The notes below the pieces were generated by a model. The model saw only the letters and a list, made by a program, of their open reading frames with translations. It made no database searches and was not told the DNA's origin. This document shows positions 24,301 to 39,300 of a stretch of DNA of 52,768 nucleotides, one piece after another. The number at the start of each line of letters is the position of its first letter. Position 1 is the first letter of the stretch. A program made the translations under genes and the position numbers. The stretch comes from Nemertoderma westbladi (lineage: Eukaryota; Animalia; Xenacoelomorpha). Where the stretch lies: NCBI GenBank assembly GCA_032718475.1, contig JAUCBJ010005791.1, forward strand, positions 1-52,768, in the 5' to 3' direction.

Positions 24301-27300
24301 ATTTCTAATATGCTAGATCATTGCTACTTGTATTTTTCGGCGTAATTTGGCAATTTTGGTGCTAGCACCAAATTTCGTACCCATCACCAAAAAGTACAAG
24401 TTTGCGATGTCCAGTGCAGTTTTTATTGATTCCATCGGATTCAGGACCCTCATAAACCCGTATAACGCAAGAAACAAGGTGATACTATCTACTTATCAAT
24501 TTGCATATTTTCCAAAATTTGGTGCTGGCACAACAATTTTCACCCACCGGCGAAAAATACAAGTTTGACAACTCTTATGAAATTTTTACTGATTCCATTG
24601 AATTCAGAACCATCACAAACCCGTATAACGCAAGAAACAAGGTGACACAATCAATTGATATATTTGATGGTTTTCAAAATTTGGTGCTAGCACCACATTT
24701 TGCACCCACATCCGAAAAATACAAGTTTGAGATGTCTAGTTCGATAATTATATTTTCCATTGAATTCAGAACAGCCATAAACCTCTAAAACGCAAGAAAT
24801 AAATTCTCACAAGCAATTTTATCTATTGAATGGATTTTCAAAATTTCGTGCTAGCACCAAAATTTGCACACAGCACCGAAAAATACAAGTTTGATACGCT
24901 TCGTGCAACTCGTATATATTTCTTCGAATCCAGAAACCCAAAAAACCCCAATTGCGTAAAAAACAAGTTTCAAACGATCAATTTACAAAATTGACTTATT
25001 TCAAAATTTGGTGCTGGCACCAAAATTTGGCACCCACCGAAAAAAACAAGTTTAAAATTTCTAAATCAATTTATATGAATTCCATCAAATTTCTAACACC
25101 AAAAAACCCGTGTAAATAAAAAATAGAGATGTTACAATTCATATTTAATGAAATGTAATTTTCAAAAAACGTCTCAAAAAAAGTGCCAAAAGTAGGGTTA
25201 AAAAATGGCGCTATAACTCGAAAAGTACCCAATATTTTTGAAAACGGTTTTCACTACTAGGAAGACAATAGATTTTTAGGAAAAGTCATAAAATTTCAGA
25301 TTCCCAACTGCGTTTGTTTCAGAATTATAATAAAAAAATCACGGGAGGGGTCATATTGACCCCCCCCCGGGTTTAATAAGGTTAATATTGTACCTCGGAA
25401 CGGGGAGCTCTGCTTACTACAGCTTGAGCGAAGTCCTCACAAGCGCATTAACTAAAGGTATAAACTGAAGTTCAGCATTTAATAACGAACCTGTCTTTAG
25501 ACTGGGTAGTTCTTGTCAAGAGTTGAGCCGTTCGAAAACACGATGTGTGTGTGTATGTGTGTATACAGTAACCATCCTATATCTCAAAAACTCACAGGTA
25601 CGCAACAATTTTTAATGCGACTACTGTATTTATCAATTATTATCTAGTTGTTGAAAAAAAAGTTGGGAACGATTCGATGTGCGATATTCGAAATATTAGC
25701 ATATTATCAACATTATGGAACGCGAAATTAAATACCCACAGCTACACTTTGTCAGCTGAACAACATTTCACTACTTATTGTTAATTTGAGTTGCGTACTA
25801 CATTATTATTATATTATTATTTATTATAGTTCTCTCTATTCAGTCAGTTAGTGTAATGTCAAGCAGTACATCATTTATAAATCGTATGTATAGGGCCTAA
25901 TTGTCATCGTTATAATTAATACTGTCATCAACTCAGGCTAAGCTTAATTGTAATGTAAAGGCTTAGTAGGTTTTGTATATCTGGGACGTTTACAACAGCT
26001 GTCGATTAAACTAATAAAACCAGAAAACTGAACCAGGGTGGCTGCTAGCCCAGTTACCAACGGCTGTTGGCCGTTGGGTAGACTTAAGGGAACATTTCAC
26101 AAACTTTCATAGGAGGCTTGTACACAGTGCCGGATTAATCCTCTGGTGGCCCTAAGGCACATTTTAGTAATTTCCAAAAATGGCCCGAAAATTGATCTTT
26201 TTCCGCAAACCCTTTCAAAAGAACAAGCTGCTAAAAACAACCGAAATTGTGAAAATGTTGAGAATGAAATATAAAGTATTTTCTTTAGTATATAATATTT
26301 AATAGTAATTAGTATTCAAAGCAAGGCACACTGTCGGCCGAAGCCGGAGGCGACCCGAAGGCTCCTCTTTCGATAGCTGCTACCCGAGGGTAGGGGTGGG
26401 CGCTACTCATATCCCAAGATTTGCTCCCAGTTATTTAACTGGTACTCATTTTATCGACCCCAGTGGGTGAAAGACTGAGTGGAACCTGGTGGAGCTGAAC
26501 CTACAACCAATAGATTGCATGCCCGGCGCTCAACCAAATGAGCCAAATTAATTACATTAATTAGTAGTATAATATTTCAAATAACTACTAAGTACTTTAA
26601 TAATAAGTACTTTGCAAAAATAGTTTTCATCAAGAATTGTAACATTTACTAAACGGCATATTATGCCTATAAAACCATTGCTATAAAAAGTGTAATGGTT
26701 TTGGTAGAATTTCTCACGCTTTAATTTTTAATATATTAATGGGACCATTACCCCAAATCTATTTGTTTTATTTATAAAGCTACTATTCTGAAGCTTTAAC
26801 ACAATGATCTGTGATCTTTTATATAGGCCTACTATGAAAACTGAGTATAGACAGCTTCATAAACCGTTTGTTCGAAAAATATGGCACTTTTTGAGCAGGT
26901 CGGTTTTTTTCAAAATTTGTATAAATTTTGAGGCATTTATATGTAAATTAGATCATGTTTAAGGATCTGTAATAGCACCTGCATTGAAGTTCTTGGTCCA
27001 AGACTTTGGAAAAATGGACCTAGATAAACGAAAATTTGTAAATGAAAATTTTAGCACAAAATTATTGTTTTTGAAACATTTATGGGGGTTTTAGTATGTC
27101 AGGGCTATATTTTGGGAATCAAATATTTTGTGACAGACAAAGTGTAGCAGTTATAACATCGGTTCTAGAATATCCAAATGGCCATGCTTTACAAAACCAA
27201 CGACAGTATTCCTAAAGCTGCTGAACATTTTGGTATATGTTTGATGGAAATTGAGTAAAAAATAAAATAGTAGTAGGGAATTTAGTGATGAAAAAAGTCA

Positions 27301-30300
27301 AAATCGTCAAACTGATAAAAAGGTTGTTTTATACAGAGAATCATAAATATCCGCACGTAATATATACAGTATGTTGTTGAAAAGAGCAGTTTTGAGGATA
27401 AAAAATAATTCAATGTTGAAAACCGTTATCACCTTATGAAAGCCCTTCTATCAAACTACAAAGAATTGTGTAAATTTTTGTAAATTTCGTTATAGTTGGC
27501 CCCTTTTAAGCATTTAGCAATTTTGATCGGATCGTGGGAATGTGTTATTTATTTGCTTTAGGGTAGGTTTCGCAGGGTACTTACAGTATCTTTACAGGAC
27601 TTGCTGAGAAATATAACACACCAAAAGTGTGGGATTAGTGCAAAGATATAATATTTCTGATCTATATTTGGACTTGCTGAGAAATTAATGTTCTTCTATA
27701 AGAGAACAGTCTCGGAAATGAGCTCTTTTAGTCACTAACTGTACTCCTCCTTTTAACAAAGCCGCATCCACTAACTCCCTTATTACGTATTAGCCTGTGC
27801 TGTATCAATGCCTCAGTGGGTAGTGCTGTAGTGTCTAGGCTACCGGTACGATAATCCCATGTACAGTATGCTTTCATGGCAGCATGGCATATAGCTCAGT
27901 AACTGCCAGTGAAAGAGTACCACCACGAGCACTTACAGCCCTACCCTACCATGAGCACCCTAGTGTAAGATGGGTGCGGGTCAATTTGCCCCTCAACCTT
28001 TTCGCCCCAAGTCGATTCGCCCCACATTTTACACTTTTTGGGGCATATGGACCTGGGCCGAATCGACTTGGGCAGTTGACTGATTCGCATTCGCCCCACC
28101 TCACCTTCCAAGTCCATTCGCCCCAGATGATATTATTGAATGGTTTACTAATATTCTTTTTAGGTACAATGATATTAGAAAGTGCAGAAGTACCAGATGA
28201 TTAGATGACCAGAGCACAGAGGTTCACCATCTCAATTTGTTTCACATGTAATTCATTATCTATGCTTCTAGGTCCCGCGAGTTCGAACCCTTGCCGAGCC
28301 TCAAGGTCTGTCTGGAATGTCTGTCTGTGTGTCTGTGTAATCAGCTATACAATCGAACCCATCTCGATGAAATCTCGCTTGCTATAGCTCGTTAGAAAGG
28401 TCTCATCCTAACTCGTTGCAACGTAATACTCAGAGCCGTCTGAAGTTCCCCGTGTGCCGCTAGAGGGCGAATTTCGTGATTTTCTGGCGAAATTTATCGA
28501 ATTATTTCGGCTGTTCGGTTCTTCTATCGGTAATTAATTATTTAGAGGGGTAACATTTATCCCATCTGGCAGTCTGGTAAAATTAACATGGCTAGTGCTG
28601 GCTACAGCTGGTTCATCGTCCTGGGGACTGTTCGACGACGTACTGGACTACATCTATCCCGATTCAAATTTTCGTTGCATTTCGGTATCCTTCGCGATAT
28701 GTGTTCGCTCCCAAATGCATGGGTCTGTGCAATATTTCATTGTTCTTCAAATATTTTATTAATTATAAAACTAATTCCTTATATATTATCCAATTCAAGT
28801 AGGTTTATTTCCATATTATCATGTTTATAATTGTATTATTTGAGTCAATTTTTTCTGGAGGAGTATTTAATTGACATTTAATATTTTTTTTACATCACTA
28901 CACAAATCCAACCTCCAGGGGGGGGGGGGGGGGGGATATATCACAATCACAGCCGGCGGCTATTAAGTTTCATCCACCTGACTTCCAACTGAATCCACTT
29001 AGATACACCTGAGCTGATTGGTTATTCACGGGTCAATATTCCTGTACGGAACGGCTTGTGGCAACGCACCTGCCCGAGGCCGCGTCCGCCTGCAACTTAA
29101 AGGCCTACCGGTGTAACAGGAAAATATGCCCCCCCGGGAAATGTGCTCGGGGGGGCATATTTTCCTAGGAAAAAATGCCCCCCCGGGCAAATTTCCCTAG
29201 GAAAAAATGCCCCCCTTAGGAAATTATGCCCCCCCTGAATTATACAATAAACAAAACTTATTACTACTAAAACTTACAAAAATCATACAAAACAATAAAC
29301 AGTCACTTTACCAAATGAAGGAAAGGAGCAGGTTACAGAGGCAGGCCTTTCTAACCAAAACAATACACGATCATTTAACTAAGTGAGGGAAAGGAGCAGG
29401 TTACAGAGGCGGGATTTTCTAACTAAAACAATAAACAGCCACTTTAGCAAATCAGGGAAAGTAGCAGGTTACAGAGACGGGATTTTCTAACCAAAACAAT
29501 AAACGATAACATTACCAATTGAGAGAAATGAGCAGGTTACAGAGGCGGGATTTTCTAACCAAAACAATAAACAATCACTTTACCAAATCAGGGAAAGGAG
29601 CAGGTTACAGACTTAAAAAAGCTTGGAGCTGCTCGGCGCCCACACAACACCACACACTCGCACTGCTGTTATACCAGTACTTACTACAGTAGCCTACTGA
29701 CTTAGATACTTCAGTATGCTGTTCTACATCCCTTACTGCCTTACCTGCTTACCTACCGGCAGACCGGTACCGTACTATTCTTCCAACTATATTACAAGTT
29801 CTGCAGTTGGTAGATTAAAAGTTGCTACCAGCAGACCGGTATCGTACCAGTTTTCAGACTTTTGAGGGGGGCTAATTTTCCTGAGGGGAGGCATTATTTC
29901 CTAAGGAGAAAATGCAAAATGCCCCCCCGGGCGCCCCGGTGCATTATTGCTAGTATGGCCCAATCACGGTGATACATTTTCGACTGATGCCAAGTGCCAA
30001 GACGGCAATACATTAATACTTAATAAATCCTGAACATTATTGTGTGCTGATGGCCTAATTGTTGTATCATACAGTATGTGGCATGTTAAGTGAGCTCAAA
30101 ACAAAATTATTTCCTGGCGTGCATATTCTTAACTGGCGCCGAATGTATTTTAATTTGTATGCTACATTTTTTCTGGCGCACATCAATTTATAGAGTTCAG
30201 AGTGTTGGCGCGGCGCGATTTCCAATATTACTAGGCGCGGCGCGATTTTCATAATATCTGGCGCGTTATCCGGCGCGCTTTTTGTAAGGATTCCACTAGG

Positions 30301-33300
30301 GACCGGGGGGCATATTCTAGGGGGGGCTGATTTCCTTGTGACACCGGTAATCTGGTAATACCGTACTGCAGTACTGTAATAACGTTGACGTTTGACGTTA
30401 GGTAAGGTAAGGTAGTAAGTAGTCTGGTACCGGTAGTTGAGTTCAGGCGTTACCGGTCAGCCGGTAGCCACGGAATCTGAGAGACAATGGATATATATGA
30501 AAACAGTGTCCATGGGGGAAGACAAAAACGACTCGTAATGTCTGAACCCCGAAAACCACAAAAACTTCCCAACGGGAAAAAAACACGAGGCAGAGTTAAA
30601 ATAAAAATGGAATTTATTGACAACAAACTCCGTCGCTACACAACTTTTAGTAAACGGAAAACGGGAATAATGAAGAAAGCTTACGAGCTTTCAACTCTAA
30701 CTGGAACCCAAGTGATGCTACTGGTTGCCTCGGAAACCGGACACGTTTACACGTTCGCGACACGGAAACTCCAACCGATGATAACAAGCGACGCGGGTAA
30801 GGCCTTGATACAAACTTGTCTGAACACCCCGGACCCGGAATCGGTGGACCGTCCGCTGTGCGAGGAGACGGAGTTCAGCTTCGATGGGTGTCTACGGGAG
30901 GCGCTGGAGGAGGGCAATACACGGACCCCAGTGGAGGAGAGGGATTGGCGGACCCCAATGGAGGAGAGGGTCTCCATAATAAAGAACGTGCCGGGCGCCG
31001 CCCCTGGTAGCATCGCGATGCAGATCCCCCCGGGTCTGCTGGCTAATCCTCCACACGAACAGCGCAAGGAAACTCCGGGCCCACAACTCACCTCTACCCC
31101 ACAACTCGTTCCGGTCCATCAACTCGCCCACGCCCCCCAACTCGCCCACGCCACACAACTCACCCACGCCCCCCAACTCGCCCACGCCACACAACTCGCC
31201 CACGCCCCCCAACTCGCCCACGCCCCCCAACTCACCCCGGCCCCCCAGCTAGCCCCCTCTATGCTGCAACCCGCCCCCAACCAACTCCCGGTGTTCACGA
31301 TATCCCAACCCCCCGTCCAGAAATCCCTTAAGTTGTCTCCGGACTGTAAACCACCCGCGTTGGTCGGGAACCCGTCCAGGGCACCGTCGGGCGCTGTGCC
31401 CTCCTCCCTCAAACGCCCCGCCACACCCGAGCCGTCGACCAACCGCAGACAGCCCCCGCCCCTAAAGGGCCCCTTGTCGATCCCTCTATCCCAACCCAGC
31501 GGGATGCATCCCGGGGGAATCTCTAACCCCCCTAACAAACAATCCCTCTTCCCAACAGTAATCATATCAGCCCCAACCGATATCGCTGTCTCTTCCAATT
31601 CTTCTATCAACGGTACTTTACTAGATGATTCTCCCTTTACCGACACCAGTTCATCCCCCCTGATGGACGGCACATTGCATCCGACTGCGCCACCCACCAC
31701 TGTGGCTGCCATCCAACCCACACCCAATCCCTCAATCCCATTCAGTCTCTACCAATCCCTCATCTACTCCCCACAGACTACCCCAGGATCCAGTGGGAGT
31801 GACTCGCTTATATTCGGTTACACTTTAACGCCTCACAGCGGGGCGCCGGGGAACCGCTTCTTCTCGGGTATGAGTGATGCTACTGGGGTTCTGAACACAC
31901 CCACAGTACTGCCTCGAACTAACTAACCTAACACCAACACACTACATAGTCGCACCCAATCCACAGATACACACCAATCTAACTAGACATTACTACCAAG
32001 CTATTATAAAAAATATGCATTTGATATTCGATTCAGATCAGTTGGTAAATTATGCAAACATGTGCTGAACATTGATTGTTTAACCCAAGTTTTCATTACA
32101 TTGAGTTCAACTTTAACTAGATTCACATATATGTGGCAACTTAGGCAAAACTTACTGCGATTATCTCATACACTCAGTTGTGGTTAACCAACTTCTGACT
32201 GTCCTATTGCCAATTTACTTGGTATCATTAAAACCCATCCATAGAGAAGTGATCGATTTAGAGGTACCTTAGTTACTGGATAACAGTTAATATTTCTCGA
32301 GATGTCGCACAAAAGCTGTTGCTGGCTACCTCATTAGAAGAGTCAATGTCTTTACCCCCCGAATAGATCATTGCTGTTGGAATGGGCTTATATTCTTGAT
32401 TCGGTTGGATGTTGAGAGTATTATTTTTTAGCGAAATACCTACATGGTATTGATTGACGAGTTGTGCTGACTGACACTTTTTATACAATATCTCGAGTAA
32501 TAATATCTTCCTTAGTTTGCAAGGATTTTCAATAGGAGTATCAGGAAGTTGGTCTCTAAGTTGGCACATTTTGCATTGGAAAGGTTGATTTTCGAAAATT
32601 GTTCTTACAATAGGAATATTACGTATGTTGTTTTTACTGCACTGCGTAACCCTAACTAAGTGTAAGTATAAGTGGTTCCGAATTTAAAAGTGACAACTAC
32701 CCCTTGTCTTTCATTGGGTTGTTTTAACTTTATAACACCGATAGTACTGATTTATTGAAATGTCGCAATCATTTGTGTTTCTGATTCACCAGTTATAATA
32801 TAACTCAACTGACCAAACTGTGGTTAAAAATATTTTAATTTTGCGAGCAGAGCATGTTACATAATCAGATCCAAAAGTGCACGCAGAAAAATCTGCAAAT
32901 TTATAAAAGTTTCGAGATTGCGCGGTTGATATTATATTACAGAACGCCCCACTCCTACTTGCTGCATTGACCTCCCTTTGTATCATAGCCATACACCATT
33001 GCTACAAATTCATACCACAACCCACTGTCCATGTCCTGGAATATAGTGTCTTTATTCAGGTACCACCACCCCCCCCCCCCTCCCCCTTCCCAAAATTGTT
33101 CTAAAAATTTTAATGATGGGGGCTACTTGACTTGAATAAAGACAATATTTTTCCAGACATGTTGTGAGTCAGATCATATTAACAGTAAGATACTTGAATC
33201 TCGATATTTTATGGGTATAATTATTAATTGCCACTTTTATATTTCACTTAATTAAGTAATTATAATGTAATTTGGGACTTAATTTGTTATTATCTATTAA

Positions 33301-36300
33301 ATTTGTACTTTTGTTTGTATTTGTAGAACTGTTAACTTTTGTATATCGTTACTCCACCCTGAATACTTTACCTTAAATATTTAATTATAAAAAAAACTAT
33401 TAAATAAATTGTTAAATATTAATCACAACATGTTTATATGTTTTAACATTCATGGATGGAAATATTTGGATCCCCATATACGACATAGGAACTAATTTAA
33501 CCTGTGTCTCATTCGTTGAACCAAAAAAATGTAATAAATAAAAAATTAGTAATAATGTTGTTTTTAAAAAGTGAAAAAGTATTTTGGCTGTTTTTTACGA
33601 TGTCACTTTTGCAATGTATAACCTAATGTCTCTAAAAGTGGTTCCATCTATAAAGGAATTGTAGTAGAACATAATACTGAAAATTTCGCAGGAACATGAG
33701 TAAAAACTGAGATAATGGCATTTAAAGTATTCAAACCTTCCCGCCAATTTTTCTTAAATGGAAGGAAATTTCCAACTATATTCAAAAAAAATAAGGAAGA
33801 ATACTTCTTCACTAAAATTTTCGATATGGAGGTTGTCATTGTCGGTGATTGCATTTCCGATGTCAGTTTTAACGTTTGATGAATTCCAGAATGTCTGACA
33901 GTCAGTCTGTCTGTTTATCAAACAATCTGTCTGTCTAAATTTAGGAAAGCACACGACCTCGCTGAAATTTAAGATAAAGGGGTTTTCCTGGTCAATGATT
34001 CCATTTCTGTTGTCAGCTTTGAATTATGATCGCTTATTTGTGTTGGTCTGTATACCTGTCGATCTGTTCGTCATAATATAACAGACAGACGGATAGTCCA
34101 TCTAGAATCCGTTAACTGTTAAAACAGACATAATAAACGGAATCATTTACCAGGAAAACAAACCCCTTTAACAAAATTTTCAGCTGTGTATTGCATTCAT
34201 GATTTTTGACAGACAGACACATACAGGCCAAAATACAGATAGACAGAGCGACAGACAGAAAGACATACAGGCTGATAGACATTCTAGAATCCATGAGACA
34301 TTAGAAATGAAGTCAGTAAACAGGAAAAATCCTATAGGGAAAATAGGTTACCTATGTTAAGAGATACTTAAGAGGTACTCGTACATAGAGACACTTAACT
34401 AAAAAGGTCGTGGAACCATAGAGCCTATTCTGATCTGGCACTTGAAGGTTAATCGAAGAGTTATCAATAAAGAAAGACAGACACTGGCTATTATCTTTGT
34501 AGACTTCTTTAAAACCTTCGACTCAGTCTCCCGACAACGTATGTTCAGCATACTGGCAGCATAAGGGATTCCAGAGGAAATTGTTGCAGGTATGAGATCA
34601 CCGTACGATGGTTCCACCTCGTTTGTGTCTGCTGCTGATGGTGTCACAGATACATTCGAAGTTTTATGGGGATAACTTCAGGGTGAGACATTTTTTTTCA
34701 CCATTCGCATTCCCCTACTGACACAAGAAGTAAAGGAAATCCAGCAAACTGCCTTACTGATGTCTGATCTTAAGGGCAAAGCTCTAGGGACGGCTTGCTT
34801 GAGCACGTGAATGACTTCTGCTACTTGGGATCATGGACCCGAAGGAAGGCAGGGGCAGCGTTAAATAGGCTTTCCAGGAAATGGAAGTCCCATAGAATAA
34901 AACGGAACCTTACGGTTCGATTATTTATGGCTGTAGTAGCACCAGTACTCTTATGGGAGTCCATACTGGGCTCTAACTGCAGAGGGTACCAAATCTCTTG
35001 ATGGCACTTTCACAAGAATGCTGCGCCGGGTTCATTGAGTCAAGTACAATGAACACATCTCCAATCAGACTCAATACAACATTGGAGGTGTTCCATTAGT
35101 CTCTCCTAGCTTGAGACTTGAACGAAACTGCCTCTGCCTTGGAGGACATTGCTTTCGCCGTGAGGACCAGCCAGTGCATAATCTTGTGTTTTGGTGGCCC
35201 GATGGAGTGAATAAGCGTGCTGTACAGCCCATGACTTCCTTGAGACGCATCTTAAAGGCCACTGGCCTTGAAGATGCGGATGATCTAGCAAATGTCATGG
35301 GTGATAGGGAGTTGTGGTGGCGCAATTCTGTCGACAAGCCGGCACAGCATTTTTAATATATATGTAATATATATATAATGTAGCTGCAATGCAGAATGCC
35401 GATCGTAGTAGTACTTAACTATGTTAAGAATTGCTTAAATATGTTAAGAGTTGTTTGACATAGTTGTACTGTAGAAGTGCGTTTACGACATATGTTATGT
35501 TAAGATATACTTAAAGAGATACTCCTACGTAGAGTTAAGTAATATGTTAAGAATATATGTTATAGGAATATATGTTAAGAGTTGCTTGACATAGTTTTGA
35601 ATGGGATAATCTTTTAGGCTCGTTAATCCAAGAAATGCCTGTTCACCACCATGGGTGATCTTCCACAGTAAACCCTTTCACTCTGATCATAGTTTTAGAA
35701 CTGAGTTAACTACTGTACGTTAAGAGATGCTCCTACGTCGTGTTACTTAACTTTGTTAAGAGATAGGCCTACTCCTACGTAGAGTTACTTAACCATAGAT
35801 ATACTCCTACGTAGACTTACTTAACTATGTTAATGTTTAGATGAAAGCGTCTCTATTGGCTGTACAGTCGGAACTCGCGCACGGTGGAGCTGAAGATGTA
35901 AGGAGTCGTTCTGGAAAACTGTAAGTAGAACTCAAAGTGTATGAAACAAAATTATGTATGTGTAACATGATTCATCATCTATTTATGGTTGGATGATGCC
36001 TTGCTCCCGCATCGCACTTATTATTCACGATTATAATCTATTTATAGCTACGTGATTCATCCTATTTTCATAGTGCCTTGTGATTCATTATCTATTTATA
36101 GCGCCTGGTTACATGATTCAGATGGTGATATTCTACCAGGAATTTCTCAAAGAACAGAAGATGCCTCGGAATTAGATACATCAAGAAGTGAATTATACCA
36201 GGTACCTGTAGTTCAGCTTTTCGATATTTATCTGTCGCTGATCGGGTTATACAGTATCTGTAAACACTTAGAAGTCTCGTAGTTTTGACTAATTTTTGGT

Positions 36301-39300
36301 TGTTAACTGATTTCAAAACAAATCTATCGAATTCCACAAGCCAATGTTTCAGCATTATTATAGTAGAACTGTGATGTTAGGCAGGTGAGTATCATTCAAT
36401 GTACCATAATTATTATTATATAGCGCTTCATTTCTCATATACCTCGTATATCCAACATTGTATTGTACAGTATTATACTATACGGAATGTAGGCCTACCA
36501 TCCGTTTATCATGTCACTGGAAGGACCTGATCTGCCGTGCAATGTAAAAAGACCGCAAGTCACAAAAAGTCATTTCGAGTAAAACGCAAATTACTGTTTG
36601 CCTTCAGATTGTACGTTTAAAATGTCCGTAAATTACTAATTTTTTATAACCCGACGCAATTGGGGGTGGGAAATTTTCTACGTGATTATTTCTCGCTTTC
36701 CATTAATATTTTCACTTCAGGGTTATTTTTTTGTACTTACGGTGTTTTTGCATTGAACAACCTGCATGTAAATACATTCGATACAATGCAAAAACAAATG
36801 TCACAATGACAAAACAAATGTCACAAAGACAAAACACCGTAAGTCTGTCAGTTGCGGTGTTTTTACATTGTATATATTTAATGCATATTGTGTTGGGGTG
36901 GGGGGTTGCAACCCCCCACCCCCCTGAAAAAAACTTGGGAACGGGGAAATATTATGAAATCCAAAAAACTGCCCGAAATTTGTCGAAGTTTATTAAATTA
37001 CCTGTAATATTAAGCGAAAATTAAAAAAGACTAATTAAGTTTAGTTAAATGACAGAGCAGTAGTGTTTTTTGAGTGAAAAAATTTCACTCCGAGAAAATA
37101 GCCTTGAAAGTTTAAACATTGCCACACAAAACTGCCAGTATGGGGTCTGGTTGGTTAATAATGTGAGGGTGTGGCATGAAGGAAGTACATCACAGAGCTA
37201 TAATTTTCATTATGGTGGTTTTCGAGGTCCGTGATTTCATATCCAATGCCATTTTTATGTTCGGTAGAATCTACAGTAGTCGGTTTAACTATTAATTGGT
37301 AAGCCCCTCTGACTGGACTTAACATTATGACTTTTTTTACATTTTGATCTCGCTTAAAGGAATTAAGAAGGGACTCTTTTAGTTATGGTAGGGGGGGGGG
37401 GGGGGGGTGGTTGACCTCAGGTGACTAATGGAATTATTAACAACAGTTATTACAAGCTTTTTTATTATGATATTTGCACTGCTTGTTTATTTCGTGCCCC
37501 AGGGGGCACTTTCAAAATTGCCAAAAATGTTCTCGAATATTATATTTGAGTTATATAACCGTGGTCAGCATCTAAAAAGCCGCTATATGCATGCAGCCAA
37601 TAAATTAATTTTAGTTAGCCATAAAAATTTAGCACAAAAAATACTTCAGATTGGTGCCAGAAAGGGACCACAGCACGAAAACTAACATAGCCACGTAAAT
37701 GGCGTTTGTTCTATTGGATAGCCCTTTAAATTTTAGGAAAAGTCACAATATCTCGGGGTTCCCAATAAACCCGACTCAAAGATACAGATAAATTACATAA
37801 AATTAAAAAATTTAATTATAGAGAAATGGGTCAGTGCTAAAGTATTTTACTATTATCATCATCAATGAATCAACAATACGCAATAAATAATATGAGAACA
37901 AAACTGTTACCGCTACAAGGATGTGACGTTTACTTAGTATCTTGATGCAATAATTGAAATGTCTAATGTATTTACTAGACGGCAGGTTAGCTATATGATA
38001 AAACACCGCAAGTCACTTGGTGAAATTTAAATTTAGCGCCTTTTCTGCTAATAGTAAAAAACCGCAAGTCAAAAGACACATATTTCAATAAAACCGTATG
38101 TGTGTTTTCTTATTATCTATGCAATGACAAAACACCGCAAGTCTTGTGACAAACAAGTCGGCAACGCAAGTCGGTTTTTTGCATAAATTTAAGTGACTTA
38201 CGGTCTTTTTCCTTTGTAACACTCTACATATCTTGTTGACTTACGGCCTTTCTACATTGCATATCTCGAGAACTAGAGTAGATACGGTGTTCTCGATTAT
38301 ACCATTAGATAGAGCGCATTTTTTAGACCCAGAAAAAGTGAATTTTAGAAAAAAACGACTTGCGGTCTTTTTACATTGTACGGCAGTGATGGCCTTGCAG
38401 TTCTGTCGTGGTGTAATGGTTGCTTGGAATTCACATATCTCCTGAGGTCGTGGGTTCGATCCGTGCATGGGGGTCAGGGTAGGGCACGAATACTTTATTA
38501 TTTAAAGGGATCTTCTACTTTATCCTTAATAATGAGTACCGGAAGTACAGTTATTTTTACCTTTTACATCTCCTCAGTCTCACTAAGAGAGCATACAGTA
38601 GTTGTATTTATATAACCAGCACTTCTATCTCCATCTGGTACTTCCAATTGTTACTTTAGGTCCTTGATTATGGTATCGGAGGCCACTACGAACTCCATTG
38701 GGACTTCTACTTGGAAGGTGAAGGCTTGGGAGCCGCTTACGATATTTGGGGAAATCGATTAGCAACATTTCTTTTCTATGTGAGTTTAAACTATTAGCTA
38801 ACTTTATTCAATTTAGAGATAATGTTTAGCCAACAAGTAACCGTAAGTTGATTTTTGCTGTTCTGAGATAGTCGATAAAAAATAAAAATGGGGTTTTGAT
38901 TTGCTTTTGGGTTTGCGTTGATTTGCTTAGCATTGCTATATACCCGTACCAAGTAATAAAGTTAATGGGTTTTTATTATTCGTTTATTCAATAGTTCCAA
39001 AATGAATGGTTGAGAACATAGGGATTCTGGTGTAGATGGAAGTTTTGACGCTCAAAACCGTGACAACCATAGGCTATAACCTGTTCTTTTAACTACAGTA
39101 CTGTAGGACCCCTTTCGTTCTGGGAAAGGGTTGCGGACACCATTTGTCGTGGGTTAAGGACCCATCTACTCGGCTACAGGGGTATAAGGCCTGACCATGC
39201 AGATGGTAATCTATCCATGGCTGCCTGGTCAGGAGTAGAGTAGAGTGATATTATCTACAATTTGAGTGCACTCCACTGCGACCTGCCAGCATTTTTCAGC

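Noticed and set aside
30747-31727. Antisense ORFs over SRF and over the retroelement ORFs
   Set aside because: Expected shadows of GC-rich coding sequence.
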